A stretch of DNA of 62,901 bases, filler included, from Neoconidiobolus thromboides FSU 785 (lineage: Eukaryota; Fungi; Entomophthoromycota), in assembly GCA_025603075.1 (NCBI GenBank). It is 6 parts of 6 records of this genome, joined end to end, with 100 filler letters (N's around TTAATTAATTAA, not from the genome) between each part and the next. Parts side by side here need not be neighbours in the genome. Positions count along the whole stretch, not along the records: positions 1 to 26,654 come from MU626505.1; 5 more parts are not named here. The stretch is one strand, 5' to 3'. Below, piece after piece: positions 12,119 through 23,682 of this stretch. Under the pieces are notes generated by a model. That model saw only the letters and a program-made list of their open reading frames with translations, made no database searches and was not told where the DNA came from. A program made the translations under genes and the position numbers. Position 1 is the stretch's first letter, and every line of letters begins with the position of its first letter.

Positions 12119-15100
12119 TTAGTCTTGATTTAACATCTTTCTTTCAGCCTCATCATCACCTCCCTTCTTCTTTTTAACCCAAAATAAAAATACGCCAATT
12201 AAAATGACTATTAATAATACCCACCAAATAGGAGAGATAGAAGAAGAAGAGATGGTAGAATGAGAAGTTAGTTTATTGTTTAAAGCATCATCAATATTCT
12301 TTAAAATGTTCTCTTTTTCAAATTTAAATTCATGTTGTTCAATATCTTTATCAAAAACAATGGAAGTTTCTGGTTTAGTAATGACATAAAAGGGTAAATC
12401 CTCTGAATTTTTGCCATAAACTCTTTTAACATATTCTGAAAATTCAAGACCATTTAAATAACCAAAACCTAATCTTCCATCCTGATCTTTCTTTTCTTCA
12501 ACAATTTCATTTAACATATTAATTTCTAAATCATTTTCTTCTTTTAATATACTTAAACAAATATATTCATATTTTTTCATAAATATATCTATATTATTAT
12601 GATCTAATTTAATTAATGATTGAAATTGAGCTTGTGATAATTGTTGTTTAATTGAAGTAGATTGAGAATTATTTTCAACCATTTTACCATCTGAAAATAA
12701 TTTTAAATCCCCTGCTTCAATTTGTGGGTAATTTTTAGCATCCGATTTCTTCATTAAATATATATTTTGTTCCAAGTATTCTTCTTTTACAAATGATTTT
12801 AATTTCTGTATATGTTGTTCTGTTTCATAGATAAACAACCATAATTTATTTTGTTTGACTTTCAATAAATTTTCCATTTGTTTATCATTAACAATACGAA
12901 TAACTGGTCTATAAAAATAAATAAATAAATCATTAATATTAAATGATAACTTACTTTCTAGAACTAATAATGAATGAATTGATAGCCTCTTTATTAGGAA
13001 GTCCATGATAATCTCTTGGGTTCCCATCTTTAAAATATTTTAATTTTGGATATTTTTCAACTTTTAATTTTTGACATAACTCATGATTTTTATCACAATA
13101 AATTGTTGCTAAATTTACCGAATTAACAAAATCAGGTGCCAACTCTTGCAAAATTGAATGAATTGCTTTACATTTAATACAACTGGCTGTTTTAAATAAT
13201 ATAAAGTAATTACCAGTTGGTACTAATAATTCATAATTTTCACTATTTAATTCCATTAATTTACCATCTGGATTACTAATTCTTTCATTTTTAAAATAAT
13301 AATTGGCAAATAATTTATTTTGAGAAATTAAACTCGTTTTTTCTCGAATATATACTCGAATACTTTCCATATCAAATTCACTATTGCTATAATTTTCTAC
13401 CCAATTACCATTTAAATATAGCTTGATTTCAACTTGTGCTTTAACTTTATACTTTTTACATAATTCATAATCAACTCCACAATCTACATAAGCTAATTGA
13501 GTGTTATAATTATCTTTAAATTTTTCAAATTCCTGTGCCAATACTCCCCATTTTTCATCAAATGGATCGATATCATTTTCTCCTTTTTTAAGAATAAAAG
13601 CTACAAACCTAAATAATAATAAAAACAAACATAAATATCTATTATACATATATATTTATGAATTAATTTAAAAAAACTTACCAAGCTCCATTATTAATAT
13701 TCTCTTCAGATTTTTCGTCAATTTTTAAAACATTTTGAATTTCAACTGGAATACTTCCTTTTTCTTTATTTTCTTTTTTGATTGTCATTCTACCACTTTC
13801 TTCATCTTCAATTGTTTGCAATAACCATTTTTTGACATTATTCAAACTACGATCAAATTCCGTAAATCCTTTAATTAACTCTCCATCTTTATAAAGTTTT
13901 AAAGAAGGATATCCGGTCACCCCATGATCTCTGCAGAAATCTGATTCTGCATCACAATCAAATTGTACCATTTGTAAATTTTTACTTTTTTTGTAACTGG
14001 ATAATTCATGTGATAAACTTAACCATGTAGGACGGAAATGTATACAATGACCACACCATGGAGCATAGTATTTTACAAAAGTATAGCCTTTTGATAGTAT
14101 ATGCTCAAAAGTACTACCTGTTACTGCTGGACTTAATGTTTTTTCATGTTTTTCCATTAACTATAAGAATTGAAGTTAGTATTCTTTTTTCTTTTTTATA
14201 AATATATTATATTTACAGCAACGTCTTTTTTTAATGTCTAAAGTAAAGTTATATTAATAAATTGAATTTTATAAAATATTATCACTATTACCTCTTCACT
14301 GAACTCTGAATTTTCTAAAGTAGTTTCTTTGGATTTATTATCCTCCTTCTTACTGTCCTAATAAATACAAAAAGTTAGTAATCAAAAATTAAAATAAGTT
14401 GGTATTTACTTTATTCTCTTTAGCTTCTTTTTCTTTCCTTTCTTTTTCCTCCTTTTCCTTTTCCTTTTCTTCTTTTTCCTTCTTCTCTATCTCTTCCTAA
14501 ATTACTATTAATTTACATTCTCTAATAACAAATAGTTTTAATTACCTGCTCCTTTTTCTCCTTGTCTTTATCGGATGGATTACTAACATTTTTTTCACTA
14601 GTTACCTAAAAAGCCTGGATAAATAACTAAATACAACAATTCCATAACAAATTTGTACCTTATTTTCAACAGGAGTATCCTTATTCTAAATAAAAGGATA
14701 AATCCCAAAATTTGAACATATTAAATCTCTCTACTTACTTTTAAAAACATTTCTTCTGCCATTTTTTGGATATAAGGTTTTAATTCCTTATCATCTTTAA
14801 CTTCACCCAAGAACTCTTCAATTAAAACACCATCTTTATACAACAATAAAGTTGGATAAGCATCAATGTCATGAAGTTTACATAATTCCACTTCTTTATC
14901 ACAGTTAATTTGTGCCATAAAAAATTTTCTCTTTTCTCTTAAATAGGCAAAGTCTCGACTCATTTGGGACCAAAAGGGAGCTAATTTTTTGCAATGTTTA
15001 CACCAAGGGACATAATGTTTCACAAACCTAGGTAAAATGAAAAAGTTAGTCGATAAGAGGATACAATGGAAATGGGAGATAAAAATTACCAAGTGCCTTT

Positions 15101-15205
15101 ACTAGTAATCATATCAAAATCTGAGCTTTTTAACTCAATGCTATTATCATCTTCAGCGATGATATAACTAAATAATAGTACTAATAATAATAATAGTTGT
15201 TTCAT
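12119..15205 (-). CDS. Membrane-anchored multi-thioredoxin-domain protein disulfide isomerase (Eps1/TXNDC5-like)
   Basis: Signal peptide MKQLLLLLVLLFSYIIAE; Trx motifs WCKHC, WCGHC and SCIKC; C-terminal TM plus KKKK tail. ORFs 14721, 13678, 12951 and 12119 are joined by GT-AG introns. Confidence 0.9.
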
Positions 15206-15749
15206 TTTCAATGTATTTTTTAATATAAAAAAATGAAAGTTGAGTATTCTGAAGCATGTTCCTTATTTTGATAGGAAATAGACTTAATTGGTTCAATTGA
15301 AATTAACTCTTGGTCATAATCATAATGAAAGGCTTAAGAATGAGGCTAAAGCAAAATATTATGGCAGTTTAATCAATTATTTGAGTAAAAAATTAAATTG
15401 ATAGGTTTTCTCGGAGTAGTTGATAAATTAGAGGGTTTTTTAAAATATTAAACTAGAAGATAATTTTTAAAATAGTTGATTTTTTGGGCAAGCTTTCTAT
15501 TATAAAAGTATTTTAATACTACAGTTTGATATTTTTCATAAAAGCACGATATATAATTGAAAGTTATCTTATAAAATATTATTTTATAACTAAAGTAAAA
15601 ATTAAATTGGTAATTAATATTATATACAGCTAAAAAAGTATTTAATTTATATTTATTTAAATTAAAATTAATTACTGATATTATAAATAAAAGATTAGAA
15701 TATAAGAAATTTAAATGACAAATATTTATAAATTATTAATATTTATAAC

Positions 15750-15782
<33 letters not shown>
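15750..15782. repeat. (AAT)11 microsatellite
   Basis: Direct reading. Confidence 0.95.
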
Positions 15783-15850
15783 TAAATATATAAAAAAGTC
15801 AAAATCTGAAATCATGAATTTTAATAAACTAAAAAAGATAGTTTAAATAC

Positions 15851-15954
15851 ATTGGGATGTATTTTTTTGTTAAGAATTTTACTAACGAATTTTCCGCTCA
15901 AATAGCACTTGAAAAATGGACGAAGTAATGATATCAAAAAAAACACCCCCATAT
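15851..15954 (+). mobile_element. MITE copy c
   Basis: TGGGATGTATTTTT...CGCTCAAATAGCACTT...AAAAAAACACCCCC-ATAT. Confidence 0.88.
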
Positions 15955-16460
15955 GTAGAAATTAAATTATAGACATATGCAGGTTAGACATTTAATAGTG
16001 AAAAAATAAATGTAATAATATATTCGATGATTCACCGTTATGTATTCCTTTTAAAGTTGATACCTTTAGAAAATTATTATTAGTTTAGAATCTCAGATTT
16101 AAAAAGTAAAAAAAATACCTTTATTTAATTATCTATATTAAATAAAAATCTATAACAAACATATAAAGCTTATCTTTTATTAGAGTAGTTTTTTGCAATT
16201 AGTATATATCCTTCATCCATTGCTAATATTAAATCAATTGGCATTATCAATTGATAACTACACTCTTTAATTATTGTAAATCCTCAAAACACTTAATAGT
16301 AGAACTAAAATTCTCTTTAAGTTTTAATTTTAACTTATGTACAAAATTAATATTGGTATTAGCATTAGTAGAGATATAAGGTCCTAAGAAAACACTTCTA
16401 ATTTGGTAAGCTTTGTCTTGATAGTATCTAATTTATTAAGTTGTAAATTATCGAAAGAAC

Positions 16461-16567
16461 ACATGGGGATGTATTTTTGTACTTAAGAATTTTACTAACA
16501 ATTTTTTCACTCAAATAGCGCTTAAAAGATAGAAAAAATAATGAAGCCAAAAAAAACATCCCCATAT
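16461..16567 (+). mobile_element. MITE copy d
   Basis: ACAT-GGGGATGTATTTTT...AAAAAAAACATCCCC-ATAT. Confidence 0.9.
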
Positions 16568-16772
16568 TTTAGCACTTTAGTTTATTTGAGTTTAAATAAT
16601 TAGTAATATTTTCAACATTTACATTAGACTGATAATAGTCAAATACCTCAAGTTGGTTTAAATGATTTTTAGATGATTTTTAAATGATTTTTAAATAGAA
16701 CAAGCAATTCAGATAACTCTATGTAGTTTAAAGAAGTTATAGATACTTTTTTTAGTTTTAGCAGTTTTATCT

Positions 16773-17000
16773 TTGTTTTTTTATTATTACTACTATCATC
16801 ATCAACAACATTGTTATTTTATTATCATTATCACCTTCATCGTCACTATCTATATTACAATTGTCAGTATCGCTATTGCCACCATTATCATTATCACCAC
16901 CGCTATTATCACCGTTGGTGTTATCACTATCACAGCCTTAATTATAGTCATTGTCATTGTCATAATCATTTTTACTACTATAGTTACTATTATAGTCAAT
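16773..17000. repeat. Degenerate trinucleotide (ATT/ATC/ACT) low-complexity tract
   Basis: Period-3 ATY/ACT pattern; yields only poly-I/T and poly-H/Y ORFs. Confidence 0.75.
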
Positions 17001-18938
17001 AGCACTATTGTGCACATCTTTACAATCTATAGACATCATATTTAGATAACAATTTAAATATCTAATATTATAACCATTTGTAGTTATATGGATTACCAAT
17101 ACATCGTTTTCTCTAACAAGTTTCTTTTGGTGATATTGATATTCTTGAAAGCTGTAGGGTGACCATATTAAATTATACATGGTAACTCTGCTGATAATTT
17201 TAACAAATCTTTACTTAAGAAACGAAGCTCAAGGTAGTTGGGTTGGATCTAATAATTGAAATGTCTCTCTTCTAGAAGAATACTGAATAATTGTTCGAAC
17301 TTCAAAGTCGTTTTTGAGTTAAACATCTCTTTTATAGTTTTTAGTTGTCATTTGCGTTTATGTAAATTTAATATCAGAACATTGTACAATATTAAAACTA
17401 TTTTAATCAATTAAATGCAAAAGTTGCTTCTTTAGAAACTTTTAAAGGACCAATCAGCTCCCAATTGTTTTACAATATTGTCATCAAAAAGTTCACTATT
17501 ATTTTAAAATAATTTGTATTTTTGAAAAATACAATACTTCTATAATATGAATATTCACATTTGAAGAACTTTTTTTATTTGTGATATAGCATACTAGTTA
17601 AAAAGTTTATACTTTTTTATAAAATGATTGTTTTAATAAAATTGATAAAGGATAGTTATAAATAGTTCAACAAAACCTTTATACTTTATAACTTTTAACT
17701 ATTTTAGTACTCTATGGGTTATACTGTGATGAAAATAAGATACTAAATATTGAGTTAAAACTGTCAATTTTATGGATTATTTTCTTAATATATAGTTAAG
17801 CCTAATAAATATAACTTTAATATAGGCATCTCAATATAGTTTACAATGAAGCCAGATAACGGTACGTTAAACGATTTTTAAGGAATTTTATTTTTAAAAA
17901 GAGATAATTTGAATATTTATTAGAATAGAGCAAGCTTACGGAGATATAAAAGACTGCTCAATAATATAATATATTTATATTCTTTAGTTGTTAATTTAGT
18001 AAAATTTATGAAGATTTGAAATTCATCACGAGATTTTTTAGAAACAAATCAGTTTGAACCAAATTAAATTTGCCCTTTAAGGGAAGTAAATTTAATCTAC
18101 TAATTCAAGGTTTGGGAATGTTTGAACAAGCTGGATAATTTTAATGAAGACAACTGTTGCTGTTTCTTGAGTTTAATATGATTAATGTGTTAATCTCTAT
18201 TTTTTATAAGGTCTCAATACTTATAAAATAACCTCTATAAGGATATAGACTTTTTTAAGCTTTAAATGATTTTATACTTTTTTAAGTGATGTAATTGATA
18301 TTATCAGTTCAATTGAACCATCACAGCTTGTTTTTTAAAAACTACATTCAAGATTAGTCAACCGGGAGTTATTTGAGAAATTACATGGTTGTTTTTGAGT
18401 TCAAATATTCACTTTAGAGCTCATTGCTTAAAGTTAAGTTTGTTACATATTAAATACCATTTTATTTGAATAAACAAAAGCATTTAGCTTTGTAAATTTA
18501 CTTTTAAAAAATAAAGGTATCCGTTAAGATTACAGTTAATTTATAAGATAAGATTAATCTAAAAGTAGTATTTTATCTGATTAAGTTGGGTAGTGGATAA
18601 TGTGTTCTGACAAGTAAGATTTTTAATAAAATCTTGAATTTTAAACAATATTGGAGAGAAACCGCATTAATAAGGATCTGATTGGAGGCATTTATAAAAT
18701 TATATAATATTCTGGCCAGAATCCCAAAATCATCCTTGAAAATGAGTGGGTAAATTTAGAAGATTAGCTTATTTTAGAAATAAAAGAAATTCTGTCTTAT
18801 AAGCAAAGAATTAAAAAAGAATGTTAATTTTATCAGATAGGGTCATTCATATCAGATGTAATATTAAATAAGAAAATTAATATATAAAATAGAACAGAAC
18901 CATTAACTCAAATCTAACTTTAGTTTTTTTATTAAAAT

Positions 18939-20480
18939 ATGAGTGAAGTCAGAGAAAAAGAATTTAATATCAATAACGCTGATTTAGATATTAAAACAGA
19001 TTCAGATAGTGAGAGAGAAAAGCAACTTTCTAATAAAAAATGGATTTATAAAGCATTAGCTTTATTCTGTGCTATTTTTTTTTCAGCTGGTTCCCATTTT
19101 GCAACTAATACAATCAATTCTTTAAAAGAACATTTAAAGAAAGAGCAGGGATTAGATAACACTCAATATGGTGCTGCTCAATCTGCAGTGTATTTGATTA
19201 ATACTATTATGCCATTATTAGGTGGTATTTTTATGGATAGATTTGGAACAGCTTCTGGTTCAGTGCTTTCTTCGTCTTTGATTCTTCTTGGAAATATTAT
19301 TATTGCTATTTCTTCACATGTTAACTCTTTCCCAATGATTATTGTTGGTCGTATTATTCATGGTTTGGGGTCTGGTATCATTGTAGTTGCCCAAGAAACT
19401 ATCTTAGGGAAATGGTTTTCTACCAGTATTATGGCTTCTGTTATTGGTTTACAAATTGGTTCATCTCGTCTTTTCTCCTTTTTAGCTCAAGGAACTGTCC
19501 CTTCTCTAGCAGAAAGCACTGGATTTTATGGTAATGGGCTCTGGCTTTCAGTTGGTATCTGTGGTATTTCGTGGATTGCTACTTTAATTTATGCTTTTAT
19601 CTTACGTCGTGCTGGTGGCGAGCATATTAGCGAAAAAGCAAAGAAGTCTAGCTTCTCTATTAGACGTCTTTTATATTTACCAGTTGGATTTTGGGTCATG
19701 CCTTTTACTATTTTCTTCTTAGGTGGAGTATGGACACCTTTCCTTGGTTCTGTTGCTGAATTTGTATCTAAAACATATGGTACAACAGCAACCGGTAAAT
19801 TAGTGAGTCAAGAAGTTAAAGCTTGGACCTCGTCTGTTGCCTTAATTGTACCAGTTGTTCTTTCGCCTGTATCTGGTGGATTTATTGATGCCTTTGGTTA
19901 CCGTTCAATTTATGTTGTTGCTTCAGCTATACTTACTATTATTTCTATTGGAATGCTGGCTTGGAGTACAGTTTCTATCTATGTTGGATTAACTCTTTTC
20001 TCTTTAGCTCTCACTATTGGTCCTGTCGCTTTGACATCCTCTGTACCTTTGCTTTTGCCTCCTGAATTAGTAGGTACTGGTATCGGAGTTCATAAAGTAG
20101 GATTATCAGTAGGTGTAGCACTTTTCCATTTAGTTTTAGGTCACGTCCAAGATATTACTCCAAGAGGAGAATATTATTTAGTCATGGATATGTTATTTGT
20201 TGTATCATGCTTATCATTAGTAATGGCTTGTGTTTATGTAATTTACAATAGGCGCTTTATCTTTAGTCTATTTGATGTTCCAGCAAAGCGCCGTAGAAAT
20301 TTGATTGAGAAACACCATGGTGAATTACCAGTTACTCAGAAACTCGAAAACTCCAGAAGTAATATATGGCGTAAGTCCCTTGTTGTTTTAATGACCTTAT
20401 TTGTTTTGATTTCTTGGATTTTATTCATTTGGTCTTTGGTAGAAAATCCAATTGCTTACTTCAAACGCTTTAAGCTTTAA
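18939..20480 (+). CDS. MFS transporter, MFSD1-like, 513 aa, intronless
   Basis: About 12 hydrophobic segments; MFS motif A-like GGIFMDRFG and GGFIDAFG; N-terminal FFSAGSHFA resembles the MFSD1 family. Confidence 0.88.
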   Translation: MSEVREKEFNINNADLDIKTDSDSEREKQLSNKKWIYKALALFCAIFFSAGSHFATNTINSLKEHLKKEQGLDNTQYGAAQSAVYLINTIMPLLGGIFMDRFGTASGSVLSSSLILLGNIIIAISSHVNSFPMIIVGRIIHGLGSGIIVVAQETILGKWFSTSIMASVIGLQIGSSRLFSFLAQGTVPSLAESTGFYGNGLWLSVGICGISWIATLIYAFILRRAGGEHISEKAKKSSFSIRRLLYLPVGFWVMPFTIFFLGGVWTPFLGSVAEFVSKTYGTTATGKLVSQEVKAWTSSVALIVPVVLSPVSGGFIDAFGYRSIYVVASAILTIISIGMLAWSTVSIYVGLTLFSLALTIGPVALTSSVPLLLPPELVGTGIGVHKVGLSVGVALFHLVLGHVQDITPRGEYYLVMDMLFVVSCLSLVMACVYVIYNRRFIFSLFDVPAKRRRNLIEKHHGELPVTQKLENSRSNIWRKSLVVLMTLFVLISWILFIWSLVENPIAYFKRFKL

Positions 20481-21619
20481 TTTTAACTTATTCCAAAACA
20501 TAATTATATCTATTAGGCTAATAAAAAATACAATTAATATAACTTGAAGCTTTGTTTTATTTACTCAGCTAACTATAGCTTTATTATAAGATCTTTTTGT
20601 TTTATTAAAGATACAGCTATAGCTAAATAGCAATGAGCTCTTATTTTAAATGTAACACTGGTGATTATGGCAGTCCTATTCAGTCGGATTTCTATAAAAA
20701 TATGTTTTTTAAAGTTGAAGTTAAAAGCTTGCTTTTGTTTGAGTTATTTGACTACATGTTGTAAAGAACGATAATGTCAATATTGATAAAACTTAGAAGC
20801 ATAGCAAAGAAAAGTTTCAAAGTTAAAACCCAGATTTTTACTCAACTCTACAATAATTATCACCAATAATTTAAAAATATTCAATAACTATATATTTATA
20901 GGCAACACCTTTATATTTATAAAGCATACTAATTTCATATATCAACTTAACATATACAAAACAATATAACTTTTGAAGAAACCTAATGCTTCAAACCATA
21001 ACGATTTTAACATATTAGCAATGGCTAGACTATCATTAGTCACTTTCCCGCTTTTCAAATAACCTTTGATAAATGGTCCATTAGATGGGCTTAATCCTAG
21101 ATCATTATTTTTTGTAGAAAGATAACAAAACAAAATAGATTACTCATAAAATACAAATAGCTCCTTTTATTTGATTTTTATCTTTTCCCACTCCTGCAGT
21201 ATACTGTTTTGACAACTTGATAAATAGCTGGATCAAAAAAAAAAAAGCAAAAAAGTTGAATGTCCTTCTGGTCATGAGTAAACAATAAAAGTACATTGAT
21301 TTAAAGCTTCGCTATTGGTGGAACTAAAGCAATAAAGTTGAAATAGTATCTCATTAGAATGAGTAACGATCATAGTCAAAGGATATAATAAATTAAGTAG
21401 GTGATGTTATTCATTGTCACGAAAAAATTACTTGTTTTTACGTTTTATAACTCATAATTTTCACTATGCCTACGACTTCTTCTGAGGTATTGGGATTTGA
21501 ATTTACAAAAGCTATACTGTAATTTAGTTTAAATAATACCACTGCGACTATAATAATAAGGTGAACTATTGCTAAAAATCACCATAATTGAACAGTAAAA
21601 AATTAAGTATTCTTCATAG

Positions 21620-21726
21620 ATTTGGGGATGTATTTTTATATTTAAGAGTTTTACTAACAATCTTTTGGCTTAAATAGCGCTTAAAAGGTGGAAAAAGTAA
21701 TGAAGCTAAAAAAAGCATCCCCATTT
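21620..21726 (+). mobile_element. MITE copy e with non-palindromic TSD ATTT
   Basis: ATTT-GGGGATGT...GCATCCCC-ATTT; element proper 21624-21722. Confidence 0.9.
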
Positions 21727-21907
21727 CTTCTCCTTTTGCATCAGCGATATAACATATATATTATTCACTATATTCTAATTTGCCTAACAATAAAACTCAC
21801 GAATAAGCAGCTAATGCAAGACAAGATCAATCTTAACTAATGAGGAGCTAGAAATCAATAAGGCTAAAATAATTGGGGCTGCCCAATAAGCTATTTCAAT
21901 TCTTTTA

Positions 21908-22141
21908 TTGCTTTTGATACCATTGATGAAAATCGATCGGAGATTGACCCCGTTACATCCATTTAAAGAAAAATACTACAACAGGATTCCTAAAATCTAT
22001 CAACTCATAAAGGCGCATATACCACCATGTTGTTCAAAGTTATATGAATTCCACAAAGACAAAGTGTGTAGTCAACTGCTATATAGAACAGTGCTAATTT
22101 TTAAACAGAGGGAAACTCAATTTATCAACCTTTTGTCGTAG
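21908..22141 (+). pseudogene. Degenerate retroelement fragment, Penelope-like RT N-terminal motif
   Basis: RIPKIYQLIKAHIPP resembles RxPxxYxLxKxHKP; homologous to 23473-23682 on the minus strand. Confidence 0.4.
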
Positions 22142-22538
22142 ACCGATGATTAAAATTAGATGATTCAGTAATAAGATTAATGTATGCGCTTACCCATCCC
22201 AATCATAAACAAAATAACTAACAAGGCCTCAATAACCGAAATTGTCAATACTATTGGGCTATAAATCTTGTATAAAAAAGTAGCAGGCTCTTTTTTGTTC
22301 ATTGCAAATCCTTATTAAATATAGGAAAAACGACTTATATTAGTGTATTATAGGCCAAAAGTTCTTATATCATGAGCCAAGTTTTACAATAAATATCAAA
22401 TGCACAATTTCAAATTAACAAATCAGCTGGAGAATAATTTATTATTTAGTTTATGAATTTTAATCTACTTTTTTACTAAATATTTAGTTCTAAATTTATA
22501 TCACTAAATCATACAGAAATATATATGCAATTTTACAT

Positions 22539-22644
22539 ATATGAGGATGTTTTTTATAGTTTCATCCCTTTTTCTATTTTCAAGCGCTATTTGGGTTGAA
22601 AGAATATTAATAAAATTCTCAAGCAAAAAAACACATCCTTATAT
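22539..22644 (-). mobile_element. MITE copy f
   Basis: ATAT-GAGGATGTTTTTT...AAAAAACACATCCTT-ATAT. Confidence 0.85.
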
Positions 22645-22793
22645 AATGAGATTTTTTAATCTCAAATTTCAAAGTGATTTGTGGGTACAGTGGCAAAAAG
22701 CTTCCAAAGGTGCTAATACAGTAAAATACTGATAATACTCTAGTTACAGAAAAAGCTGTATAATGTTAAAAATAAATTAAAGTTGAAATCTAA

Positions 22794-22896
22794 ATATAGG
22801 GATGTTTTTTTGACTTCATTTTTTCTATCTTTTGAGCACTATTTGAGTGGAAAAATTGTTAATAAAATTCTTAAACATAAAAATACGTCCCTATAT
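22794..22896 (-). mobile_element. MITE copy g
   Basis: ATAT-AGGGATGTTTTTTT...AAAAATACGTCCCT-ATAT. Confidence 0.88.
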
Positions 22897-22919
22897 GCTA
22901 GTTCTAAGACGATAATAAC

Positions 22920-22988
22920 CAAAAATCAAAAATCAAAAATCAAAAAGTAAAAATCTAAATCTAAATCTAAATCTAAATCTAAATCTAA
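22920..22988. repeat. Compound microsatellite (CAAAAAT)3 then (CTAAAT)~5
   Basis: Direct reading. Confidence 0.85.
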
Positions 22989-23472
22989 CAATAAATAAAC
23001 ATTAATGATGGTAGGGTAACTGCGTAACTAAAATAGTCTAAATACTCGTCTCATACTAAATTCGTTTAGTTATCTCACGTATAACATAAATAGTAGTAAA
23101 ATTGTAAATGATAGCGTTATAAATTAAACATAAAATAGTCGATTTTGCTAACAACTGATCAAATAAACAGGTTTGATTATTTGAGGTGGGCTATGCTCTT
23201 AATCTTATATTTGTTTAAGACTGATTATTGAATATATATAATAAAGTATAGTTAATGTAGTTTTAGCTAATTAATGTTTTTATAATAGAGTTGATTTTAC
23301 TTAGCACGATATTAGATGATGTATTTACTCAATATTGTATGAAATTTACATTCTTAAAACTTCAATACTTTTTGCATTCCTGGCACTTTCCATTATGTTA
23401 TTTATAATTCTAATGAGTAATTATATTTAAATAAGCTAAAGATACATAAAATATTATTTTGGTTTTATATGG

Positions 23473-23682
23473 TTATAGGCTAGTAAACCGAGTTTCCTTT
23501 TGTTTACAAACTGGTGTTGCGTTATATGTTGCTTGGTTATATACTTTACTTTTATGGAATTTATTTGATTTTAAACAACTTGGTTCTATATGTACTTTTA
23601 TAAGTTGGTAGACTTTAGCAATCCTATTCTGATTTTTTCCCCTAAATATGTGTATTGTAGTTGATCTGTAATTCATATTCAT
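23473..23682 (-). pseudogene. Second degenerate copy of the Penelope-like RT fragment
   Basis: RIAKVYQLIKVHIEP...KQKETRFTSL aligns with 21908-22141. Confidence 0.4.

Noticed and set aside
12951-13027. Apparent frameshift overlap between two PDI ORFs
   Set aside because: Explained by a GT-AG intron (GTAAGT near 12955 to ...TTTATAG near 12910); no programmed frameshift needed
16773-17180. ORFs 16773, 16811 and 16938
   Set aside because: Products of a degenerate trinucleotide tract (poly-I/T, H/Y, N/D); no domain signal
17314-17460. Possible Ty3/gypsy RT-RNaseH relic (SKEATFAFN*LK...IYINAND...CLTQ, minus strand)
   Set aside because: Many stops and spacing about 10 codons shorter than the consensus; too decayed to support without an HMM search
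20942-21133. ORF with GKVTNDSLAIANML, resembling the pre-RT region of LINEs
   Set aside because: Single short motif; no RT motifs found downstream
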